64,000 nt of DNA from NCBI RefSeq assembly GCF_009834535.1, contig NC_045697.1, forward strand, positions 69,380,001-69,444,000. The letters are read 5' to 3'. Below are positions 1-10,030 of this stretch, piece after piece. Both the position numbers and the translations under genes were made by a program. This DNA comes from Camelus ferus. Taxonomy: Eukaryota. The notes beneath the pieces were generated by a model, which was not told the DNA's origin, ran no database searches, and saw nothing but the letters and a program-made list of their open reading frames with translations. Position 1 is the first letter of the stretch. Each line of letters starts with the position of its first letter.

Positions 1-1285
1 CTCATAGATGTATATGTTTACAGCAAAGGCCTAAATTAAAGGAGAATCAAAATAAATACCCCCTGTGTTCAGACTGCTGTGGATTATTATTGATCCCACC
101 ATTGGGTTTTTGTTTATCTCATACTGAACCTATACTGAACAGCAACTTGGAGAACCCTCCAAACCCCAGACAGCCACCATCTTTACTTTCCATGGGAGGA
201 GAACGGGGAGAAGAGTGCACAGTAAGGAAGAGGATGGGATGGGATGGGATGAGATGGAGAAGAAAAATAACAAGGTCCTTGAACCAACATTTTCCCCTTG
301 TCCTGTGAACTCTTTGTCTGGTTGCTGAACATGTTTGTGAGATCAAGGAAAAGAAACAAACAAAAGAGTAGGCGTCCCAGCCTAATTACAATAGGTGCCC
401 AGCACACTGTAGTGCCAGCAGAGCATGGTTTGAATCTTTCGTTCAAGCATCTGCTCTCTTGATAGCCCCCTAAAGCATGTCTCATACACCTTCTCCTTTG
501 CGTTTCTCCAAGGTTTCCCCCAAACGGCCCCGCTCCATGTCACTCCTCAGAAAAGGAGGACGTGAGGCACGAACACATTGAAACATATGTTGATGGTGAC
601 TTATTAACCTGACAGTAATATAAAAGAGAAAAATAAATCCCTCAACCCCACAAGCCCACTGCTCAGTCCATTATGCAAAAGGAGCGCCTTCCATATGAAG
701 AGGAAGAGCGTGCAGTAAACGTTATTTACGTACACATTACAGAACCATATACCACGGCATCTGCATCCTACACAAAGCCTGAGATGGTGCAAGAAGATAC
801 ACGCTGAGCATGGCACAGACCAGCCGCGGCAACACGGAGCCAAGCCCTTGTCCAATCAGATCCTTGTTAGAAGGTGGACCTGAGGGTCGGCTCTACCCGA
901 TTAGCCTTCCCTATTATGACACCACGCTCTGACCAACATCCATATCCCACCGGGAGCAAATCTCATTCGAGTGGTTGCTCATTTCTCAAACGGCCGAGCC
1001 CTTTCTTTCATCTGCATCCCTGCTATTCGTCCCTTAAAAAGCCAACCCAAGGCCTGGGTGCCCCCTTTCCGGCTCGATTTTTCTTTTTACCTCTTCTCAT
1101 TCCTAGAAAGGATTAAATGTTTATCTCTCCAACGCGCAGGCTGGAAAAGCGGAAGGCAAATGCCTTTCAGTGCTCCGGCAAGCTCCCAAAGGTCTGCGAA
1201 AAGTAAAGGCAGCGAGCAACGTGGGGGAAATCGTCGCGAATCGACCGGCCACAATAGTTGAAATCCCAGAAGTGCTCCAACTTAC
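1..1285 (-). other. TSPAN5: TSPAN5 intron 1 (5' part)
   Basis: Starts at the GTAAGT donor; no further tetraspanin-like coding sequence before the window edge. Confidence 0.9.
232..257 (+). repeat. (GGGAT)n pentanucleotide microsatellite
   Basis: ggatgggatgggatgggatgagatgg. Confidence 0.8.
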
Positions 1286-1366
1286 CCAAAATATGACATT
1301 GAAGCCAAATATGAAATACTTGATGCAACAACTGACTTCAGGACCCTTGTAATGCTTCCCGGACAT
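1286..1366 (-). CDS. TSPAN5: Tetraspanin-5, first coding exon (27 codons, phase 0); the gene continues beyond the left edge of the window
   Basis: Translation MSGKHYKGPEVSCCIKYFIFGFNVIFW matches the TSPAN5 N-terminus as I recall it. ATG at 1366-1364 has A at -3, there is an in-frame TGA at 1378-1376, and the exon ends TGG|GTAAGT (canonical donor 1285-1280). Confidence 0.96.
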
Positions 1367-1790
1367 CCTCTGGGTTCATGAAGACACTTGCCCCGGCAGC
1401 CCGAGTTTGGAGCCCCGGAGCACGGTTGCTCGGAGCAGCCCGGCGGGAAGCTGGGGCTCAGGGACGCTGCTTGGGGCCGCGGCGCGGCGGCCGGGGCTGA
1501 GCAGCGCAGGGACCGACCGGCGCAGAGCGGCTCCCGCACCTCCAGCCCCTCGCGCGCCGAGGCCGCCGGAGCCGGGGTGGCCGCGATCCGGCGGGGAAGC
1601 GCGCGTTGCAAGACCCGAGCTTCGCTGAAGCTGGCCTCGAGCACAAGGCGAGCTCCTAAGTCCCTCTGCCAGGCGATCTGTCCGTCGGTCCGTCTCCGGG
1701 CTTCGGGCAAATGCGGCCGCGGCAGATGCTGGTGGAGACGCTACTCGCTCCCTCCCACCCCTCGCTCCGCCCGCCGATCGCTCCGCCCGC
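1367..1790 (-). other. TSPAN5: TSPAN5 exon 1 GC-rich 5' UTR (TSS not determinable; upstream boundary is a guess)
   Basis: GC/CpG-rich sequence directly upstream of the start codon; no obvious acceptor between the island core and the ATG. Confidence 0.5.
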
Positions 1791-2989
1791 TCAGCCGGCA
1801 GCTCCTCCGCCCGCGCCGCCTGCAGCTCCGCCCGCCGCCCGCCGCCTGCCGCCCAAGCCTCAGCGAGGTGCGCGCGCGCACGGGCTCGGGCGCTCCCGGG
1901 CGGCCGCTGTGCACCACGTAGCCGCGCCGCCCCTCCTTCCAGCGCTCTGCGCTCCTCCTGCACCCTTTCTCCCCGCCCCTTCTCCGGCCAGCTCTGAGCG
2001 CCGCCGACCCCCCGGGCACTGCAGCGGGGTAGGTGGGGAGGAAGGCAGGCAGAAGGGAGAAGGAAGGGTACCAGAGGAGAGCGCCCATTGGGAGCAGCCT
2101 GGAGGAGTGACCGGGATTGATAAGCAGTGGGTCTCCCTCTGCCACTCGCAGCAGCAGGCGGCTTCTGGAGGGACGCGGGGGAGAGGGTGGCTTCGGGGCG
2201 AGAGGGTTGGGTGAGTAGCAATCCTGAGTGAGAGTCCCACAGCCGACAAGCCTCCATCTGGGTGTAGTCACACTCGCGCCCCCTCCACCACCCGGTTACG
2301 TTGCAAGAGAACACGCCGGGCCACCGAACCGGAGAGGAAATGGGTCGTAGACTTTGCTGGGAGCAAAGGGGAAGGATAAGGTGTTAGGGAAGGGGGAGAA
2401 AAGAGAGACGGGAAACGGAGAGGGGTTGGGGGGGAGAGCGAATCTGGAGGGTTGCACAAGAAAGCCCCCGGAATCCCAGTGCTGTGGCTCCATCCCAACC
2501 TCCCTATCTGCGAGAGGAAGAGGCTTATCCTAGAAATGGGGACGAGGAAGGAGAGATGGCCCAAAGGAGTCCTGACCGGGGACACGATCCTCGCCCTAGG
2601 TCTGTTTCCAACAACACAAACCCAGCTGCAAATGAGTCCCCCACCCCCCGCCCCGAAATGGAATAGTGCCCGAAGGAACTTGACCGGTCCTAACTCTAAG
2701 GAGGAATCCAGAAGGAGTTGAAGGACGATCTTCTGGGGAATCTGAATTGGGTTTATAGCTCATGACCGATTAAGCTTTTGACCTCTGAGAAAGATAGAAC
2801 GTGGCTGGAAATTGGGTTGTAACCCTACCCGAGAAGATCTGCCCATGAGTTGCGTGTCTGCCCACCTCCTGGAGGGTTTCATGGGTTCTGGCAAGCCAGT
2901 ACCAGTATTTCATGGAAAAAGAATGAAGAACCGCTCAGAACTCTGTAAACATCTGTGGGAATTTTTTTTAAGGCTTCAGAAAGCTAGAA

Positions 2990-3112
2990 AGAGATGAGAT
3001 CAGGAAAAATTTCCAGCCCCACCTCGTGTAACCTGGTACTGGGGACAGAAATCTGCATGTTTCCTAAGGTCCCCAGGTGATACTTAAGTATACTTAAGTT
3101 TGAGAACCTTTG
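2990..3112. mobile_element. MER5A-like hAT-Charlie MITE remnant
   Basis: aatctgcatgtttcctaaggtccccaggtgat...aagtttgagaacc resembles the MER5A terminus. Confidence 0.55.
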
Positions 3113-3794
3113 GCATAGGATTTCCCTAGTTAACTAAAAGTAAGAACTTTTCTCAAAAACTAGCTAGCTAGTTGATAACCTTATGGAGCAGCAAGAAGTT
3201 ACTTTTTCTTGCAATAAACCACACGTCGATAGGCTTGTCCTTGCAAGGGATTGGGGCCATTCTGAGGTCACAGATAGGAGCCAGGGTACCCACAAAGGTG
3301 GAAGGAGATCTGACCCATTCAATACCCCAGAACTATGACACTGGCTAACAGTAACTTTAGCCATTTGGATAAACTAACCCTCTCTCCCTCAAGTGTCCTC
3401 CACTTACCCAAAACACTCAGCATACTACCACCAATCTGGTAGACTTCAAAGGTAAAGTCTGCTTTCAGCAGCAGGTTCCCTACTAACAGGAAGGCACTGG
3501 CAAGGTTTACCTAAGTCTATTTGTGCTATATTGTAATTCTTTCCATATATAAATAGAACAGTTGCTGCAGATTCCCAGATAAGTCAGAGGAAAGGTCTAT
3601 CTTAAGCTGATGTGACACAATTTAGAAAAGGACTAGAAATTAGATCCAGCTGATGACTGAGTTGATCCCTAAGCAGGATTTATCTTCAAAATAAAACTCA
3701 ACAGAGAAGGGGAAGTTCAGATAACTCACTGGTAATTTGGAGGGCAGGGGGTAGCTAGTTGAATTCTCATTTCATATGTCAAAAGTAAGTTCTA

Positions 3795-4079
3795 CAGATG
3801 CACAGACATAGAAAACAAACTTATGGTTACCGGAGGGTAAGGGAGCTGAGAAGGGATAAATTGGGAGTTCGAGATTTACAGATACTGACTACTATATATA
3901 AAATAAACAAGTTTATACTGTATAGCACAGGGAACCATATTCAATGTCTTGTAGTGACCTATAATGAAAAAGAATATGAAAACAAACATATGTATGTATA
4001 TGTATGACTGAACTATTATGCTGTACACCAGAAATTGACACAACATTGCAAACTGACTATACATCAATAAAAATAAATA
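3795..4079 (+). mobile_element. 5'-truncated lineage-specific L1 3' end with A-rich tail
   Basis: Cetartiodactyl-type L1 3' UTR (acagacatagaaaacaaacttatggttacc...tatagcacagggaac...caataaaaa), flanked by a perfect 14-bp TSD AAAAGTAAGTTCTA (3781-3794 / 4080-4093). Confidence 0.9.
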
Positions 4080-4239
4080 AAAAGTAAGTTCTAGGAGGAT
4101 TTATGAGTTAAATATACTTTTTAAAGCAAACCAGAAAATAGAATACTATTTGTTAAACTCTGGCTAGAAGCATTCCATGTAATGGTGAGCACTCTGGACT
4201 CTGGCTAGAAGTATTTCTCAACTTAGAAGCAACAGAAGA

Positions 4240-5850
4240 AAATAATCAATGGATATGTCTGGGTAATATCTTAAAACTTCTGTGTCAAACATTGTTTTAA
4301 ACAGCAACCTAAATCAAAACAAACAACAACAACAAAAATAGTGATGGCAAATTTGAAAGAAGTATGAATAGCTGTATTATAAGTAGGGCTCATACAGGTA
4401 AGGTAAAATACAGAATCTCAATGATTGAGTATAAACAGAAAACAAATAAATCACATACAAAGAAACCAAATAGTAGTAAATATATGGTGAAAAGTAACCT
4501 TAAAGTAATTAAAGAAATAGATGTTAAAACAAATCGCTGATAAAGATACAGAGACAATAAGCATGCTTTGCTCATACATTGCTTATGGCACTGTAAAATG
4601 ATACTGGCCATTTGGAAAGCATTTTGGCTGTATGTTACAGGTCAGAGTGCTCCCCTACATTTTGACTCAGCAGTCCCACTTCTGGGAATTTAGCCAAAGA
4701 AATACTTCAAAATAGGGAAAAAGTTATATCCTGCACGTTGTACGTCACAGCATTATTTATATTGAAGACTTGGCCACAGCTACAAGAGGCTAGAGTAGGG
4801 GCTATCCCCAACTTCCTGTAGCCACCTGGAACCCTAGAGTAGGGGCTATCCCCAACTTCCTGTAGCCACCTGGACCACCATGTGGCTTCACATTTCTCTG
4901 CTTTGCCCAGAGCATTCCTGGTCTCTGCCTGAAGCAGCCTCCCTGCCTGTGTCTGTGAGCTGGGCTCTCTTACTTATCCTCAACATTTTTGATCCGCATT
5001 TAAAGGCTCTGTCTTTTGTTCCCCCAACACCTCTTACATTCTCTGCATTGGCGCTTGGAGACGACCTGTAATTACTTGTTTACCTGCTGGTCTCCTCCAC
5101 TCCACTGCGACTCCTTCAAGGGTGTGGTCTATCGCCTTTTGATCTTAGAATCACGAGCGCCCTGCACATGTTTCAGGTGCTTGAGAAATATTTATCTAAA
5201 ATATGGATGAATCACTGAGTCAGACCTTTGATAGACATTAAGGATGCTGATCATAAAGAGGATGTGGCAATGTGTGAATACATTATAATGTTAATTTTTA
5301 AAGGTACTATATGTGGAACTATCTCAAAGTAATATGAAAATTAGATGAAAAAAGCAAGGTACAAAACAGTATACATAGTAGGCTACCATTTTGTAAAAAA
5401 TAGTTGTAATAATAAAGTGTGTTGGCATATTTCCTTGTTAATGGGTAGGCTACGTATGGAAGAAAACAAAAGAATGTAGTAATAGTTTAGGGGATTGGGG
5501 AGTACAGACCGCAGGGCTAAAGATATAATGGGAGGGAGACCCGCTTTATTTTTCGATGAGATTACTGCTTTTTTTTTTTTAATATACTCTTCTGTTTTCA
5601 AAATTTGTACCGTGTATGTGTACAAATTTTGTACATGTATATAATATGCCTGTTTTGAAAAAGAAGTCAACCTACAAAACTGTAGGCGATTATACGAAAA
5701 AAAGTTAGGAGTTAATTCTTGCCAAATAATAACAGTTGTTAGATGGTGGGACTGTGGGGGATTTCGTTTTCATGTTTCTGCTTTCCATTTTTTTAACATG
5801 GTTATATTGCTTTTACAATTACATGGATACAACTATCAATAAAGACATAA
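4240..5850 (+). mobile_element. Degraded ancient L1 (L1ME-like) fragments, interrupted
   Basis: ctcatacattgc...ttggaaagcattttggc...tttgactcagcagtcccacttctgggaattta is typical of the old L1 ORF2 end/3' UTR. Confidence 0.5.
4790..4874 (+). repeat. Perfect 41-bp tandem duplication (period 44)
   Basis: CTAGAGTAGGGGCTATCCCCAACTTCCTGTAGCCACCTGGA at 4790-4830 and 4834-4874. Confidence 0.95.
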
Positions 5851-8800
5851 ACCAATAACTAAGGAATCATTCTATTTATTTCAGCATAACTTTTCATGAC
5901 TCAATCAATTCTGACCTATTTTAAGGAGGGGAAAAAAAAAAAAAGAGTAATTTTCTCCCTGGAGATGTTATAGCCATCTCCTTTATATTTCTGAGGTTGA
6001 AAAAATGGTTAATAAGTTTAATTACTGAAAAGTTAATCAGCCTTTCAAATGGCAGTGAGAGCAGGTAAAGCATGTTCTTCTAATAGTTGCCTAGCTAGAC
6101 AGCAAGATATGACAACAGCATGTTAACCTAAGACACCAAATTTAATGAGCTTGTCAGTCTCTGTGTTTCCCACCCACCTTTCCACCTCCCTCCTCCCTTT
6201 CTTTCTCTGTCTCTCTGCAACTCTCATCCTCTATTTTCCTTTTCCTGCTCTGTGGCCAGCCCTGGTGTTTGCCTACCCACCCCCAATGCCTCCTTCCTCT
6301 CAGATCCCGGGTGGTGTTCCAGCATCACCACTCTTTTCACACCCACATGCTTTGGGAAGACCCAACTCCAGTGAATGAGCCTTGACCTTCTGAGCCAAAC
6401 CCAGCCTCTTGCCAATGTCTGGTCCAGAAATGGGCATGAGACAACTTTGGCCAATGAGGAGAATCTGCTGGTAGTTTCCTCAAGTCAAAGAGATGTCCTC
6501 TTTTCGGCATTGGACTTAATTGTGTTTGGATGTGACACCTGGATCCTCTACAGCATGACCATAAAGACCACTCCAAAGATGGCAGAGTGAGGAAATGAAA
6601 AGAACCGAGCCATCATCACCTGGCTGATTTGTTACCTCAGGGCTTCCTGTCCCAGGAGAGAATGCGTTGGTGGAGGCACCCTGAGGGAGGTTTTCTGTTT
6701 CCTGCAGCTCAAAGTGTTCTGTTTTAAACACTCTCCTTCTGGTGTTCTCCCCCGACCCTTTGATTTTCTCTTCTTGAGTCACCAGCAGGGTTTCCATGCT
6801 TCTCTCAGCACCACTCTTTTTCTCCTTATCCCTCCCCCACCTCTTCCCCAACTGTTCCTGTCTCTCTTCAACTACACAGGGGAAACCTTTAGCACAGTCT
6901 GACCAGTTCACACCCACTCCTTTCTCTCGCTTTCTCAACCACAAAGTGCTTCCCCACCTCCAGCCACGTCTGTACATCATGGCTGACAGGTCAGAGTTGA
7001 TCCAGGCGGGGCCAGCTGGAGAGTCTGTCTCTCTCCAGTTGAGATTCCTTAGAAAAGGGATCCCTGCACATGGCTGAAATGGAGGTGATATTTTCAAGAG
7101 GTGTGAGGGGGGGAGTGCTGTGTTCCCAGGAGGAAGCCAAGACTCTCTCTGCAGAAAGAGGAAGGAAGCACAAACACAGAGAGAGACTAGGTCAGAGTCT
7201 CTGACAGCGTGGGCTGTACATTTTGTGCTCTGAAAAGCTTTCAGCCCTGCTAAAGGCTTTCTACTTCTGGATTTCTTCAAGAGGACCCTATCCTTGAGGT
7301 TTATGAGGTTTTTAGATAGAATTCTTCCATGGCATCCCATTTTGGCTCAAGCTACTTTGCCACAGGCATCTCATATTTGAAATCAAAGAACCTTGATTAA
7401 AACAGCAGGTCCTCCCACCTCAAATCCATTACCTAATGAAGTAGACTTAAAACATTTTTTAATTGGCCATAATGTAAATTTTTGTTATATTAGTGAATTA
7501 AATATTGTGCCTACTGTTCTTTGGTTGAAAAGGGAGTAGATTAAACTATTAGATTTCTCTAAAATACAATGGATCCCCACAATCAGTACCACGCCTATGC
7601 CCTTCTGGCCCCACGCCCACACATACCCATTAAAGAAGCTAGTTTGGAGGCCCCAGGAAGAACAGAAAAAGAAAGCATGTCTCACTCATAAATATGATTA
7701 AACAAGCATATGTAGAACACAGTTGTTTTACTTTTTAAAATCAATTATAATTGCTTGTGTAATAAAATGAATTCTTTTACAAAATATGACAGAGCAGGCA
7801 TTGATTTTTTTTTTTTTATTCCACCTTCTTTTGGAAATATCACCTCAGTTTCCTCTTGCTTTGGAAATAGTGAGGCCTCTGACTCAAGGTGCCAGGCCCA
7901 ACTCTCACCTCACTAGGGCAAGTGCATGACACACGTTCGGTCAATTGGAAACCCCCTTTCATGATACTGCGCAGGGGGAGGGGAAAAAAACCCCAAAACT
8001 GCCAAGTTCACTGACTGCAGCCCCCGGACAAGTCTGAGGCCACCCTTAACACCTTCGGGATCCTCCTGGGTCTTCTGCCCTTCCTCTGGTCCCATAAGCT
8101 AGCTTCCTTCCTCCTAGCGAATCTGCCTTCTGATTAAATCACTCAGTGCCTGTTTTATGGCTTAGACCATAAAATTCCTAGTCAATACTATGTGAACTTT
8201 TGAAGCTGCACTTTTCAGAGACAAATGTTAACTTTTTTTTTTCTGATTTCCAAAATAGGATGTTCTCATTCTGCAATCTTTAGAAAATACTGGAGACATT
8301 ATTAAAGAATCACCCATGACAACATTTCCAAAGAAAACTACTATCAGTATTGAATATTTTCTTCAATAATATTTTTGTATGATTGATCTCATTCTGCAGA
8401 GAAAAAAACTTAAACCCATCATATTTTCTGTTTGCCAGTGCCCAAAACTGGCATAGAGAATTCCTCCATCAGAGTAGAAGCAAGTCCACTCAATTTCCCG
8501 GCTGTGGATACCAGTCAAGATTCTAACCTCGTCGCCCCATATCGCTAACCCTTAAGTGATTTGCTTTTCCACCTCGTATCAGTCTTTGTTTCCTTTTTTG
8601 ATAAGGCAAACATGCATGCATGCTCCCCTACATTCCTAACTCACTCCTCTTCCAAACAATCTCAAAATGCCATTCCATCCCACCAACTCCACCCTTCCTT
8701 CCGTCTATCACCAAATCAAATTATTTTGCAGTTAAGCATTTCAACGCCTTATAAAATCTGCCCCCATTTAACACTAGGCATGCTAATCATATTCAGTAAT

Positions 8801-9217
8801 TTCCTCTCTCACTGTTTGGTTTCTCTTACCTTCTAAAAACTTTGCTTCTGTGATGTATCTCTTTCCAATGGAACTATAATTGGTGGAACGTTGAACCTAA
8901 TGTCCAGAAACAGGGAATAGACATTAGCAGATTCATCAGATATCCATTTAGGTTTTATTATGAAGAATCAATTGATTCAACAACAAATATTTATTGAGCA
9001 CATCTCCCACTGAACACATCTGCAGTCATGGTTTCTGCTCTAATATTGAAATGAGCTAAGCGCTACAATTCCAGCAAAGCACAGTGTGATACAGAATCAC
9101 GAAAAAACCCTCTTCCAGTTCTTTTTTTTTTTTTTTTAACTTTTCTGTAATAGTAACATTAAGGTGCAACTCTACTAGGAACAAAAACTAGTTCCATTTA
9201 CAAAGATCGACCGTCTT

Positions 9218-9338
9218 TTTTTTTCTTTTTACATTTTTTAATTGAGTTATAGTCATTTTACAATGTTGTGTCAAATTCCAGTGTAGAGCACAATTTTTCA
9301 GTTATACATGAACATACTTATATTCATTGTCACATTTT
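9218..9338 (-). mobile_element. Short L1 3' tail insertion
   Basis: Poly-T followed by attgagttatagtcattttacaatgttgtgtcaaattccagtgt; imperfect TSD aagatcgaccgtctt / aagactgaccatctt (9203-9217 / 9339-9353). Same family as 49399-49841. Confidence 0.8.
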
Positions 9339-9424
9339 AAGACTGACCATCTTATACGTGAATCATTTATTTGAATCAGTTCAAGACTCTGAAAGAATAA
9401 CCTTTAAGATTTATACTTAACCAC

Positions 9425-10030
9425 AGAGGTATAGCCATTGTGGAAAACAGTTTGGCTGTTCCTCAAAAAGTTAAACAGAATTAACAGATGTTTGAGCAGT
9501 TCTACTCCTGGGTATATAACCCACAAGAATTGAAAGCAGGGACCCAAAGAGATACTTGTATACCAATGCTCATAACAGCACAATAGCCAAAAGTTAGAAA
9601 CAATCGAAGTTCCATCAACAGATGAATGGATAAACAAAATATGGCTTACATTCAATAGTTTATGATTCAGGTTGAAAAAGGAATATTTTGATACATGCTA
9701 CAACATGGCTGAATCTTGAAAACATGCTGAGTGAAATAAGACACAGACACATAAGAACACATATTGTGTGAAGCTACTTAAGACAAGTACCTAGAATAAG
9801 CAAATTCACAGAGACAGAAAGTAGAATGGAGATTACCAGGGACTGAGGGAGAAGGGGATGAAGAGTTATTGTTTAATAGGTGCAGAGCTTCTGTTTGAGA
9901 TGATGAAAAAGTCCCAGAAATGGATGGTGGTGATGGTTGCACAACATGGCCAATACTTAATGCCACTGAACTGTACACTTAGAATTGGTTAAAATGCTAC
10001 ATTTTATGGTCTCTATATTTTAGCACATTA
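9425..10030 (+). mobile_element. L1MB-like 3' end
   Basis: gtggaaaacagtttggctgttcctcaaaaagttaaac...gatgaatggataaacaaaat...gatgatgaaaaagt...aatgccactgaactgtacactt. Confidence 0.85.

Larger units (their letters stand above)
1130..2330. promoter_or_regulatory. CpG island / TATA-less promoter of TSPAN5
   Basis: Very high GC and CpG density against a CpG-depleted background. Multiple GC boxes (e.g. CCCCGCCCC 1971-1979) and an ATTGG/CCAAT at 2087-2091; spans exon 1. Confidence 0.92.

Noticed and set aside
1121..1285. C-terminal 54 aa of the 81-aa ORF starting MSGKHY
   Set aside because: Read-through into intron 1 past the GTAAGT donor; similarity to TSPAN5 ends at ...VIFW.
1376..2314. 312-codon minus-strand ORF in frame with TSPAN5, plus the other long ORFs across 1282-2314
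   Set aside because: Low-complexity Ala/Arg/Gly/Pro translations are expected in a CpG island where stop codons are rare. The 312-codon ORF has a non-ATG start and stops at TGA 9 nt before the true ATG. No evidence for an N-terminal extension.
4790..4874. Direct repeats as a possible CRISPR-like array
   Set aside because: Only two copies with a 3-bp spacer, in a mammalian genome with no cas genes.
6516..7340. 274-aa minus-strand ORF
   Set aside because: No recognisable domain or family, and no supporting exon structure. I treat it as a chance ORF, although a BLAST/PhyloCSF check was not possible.
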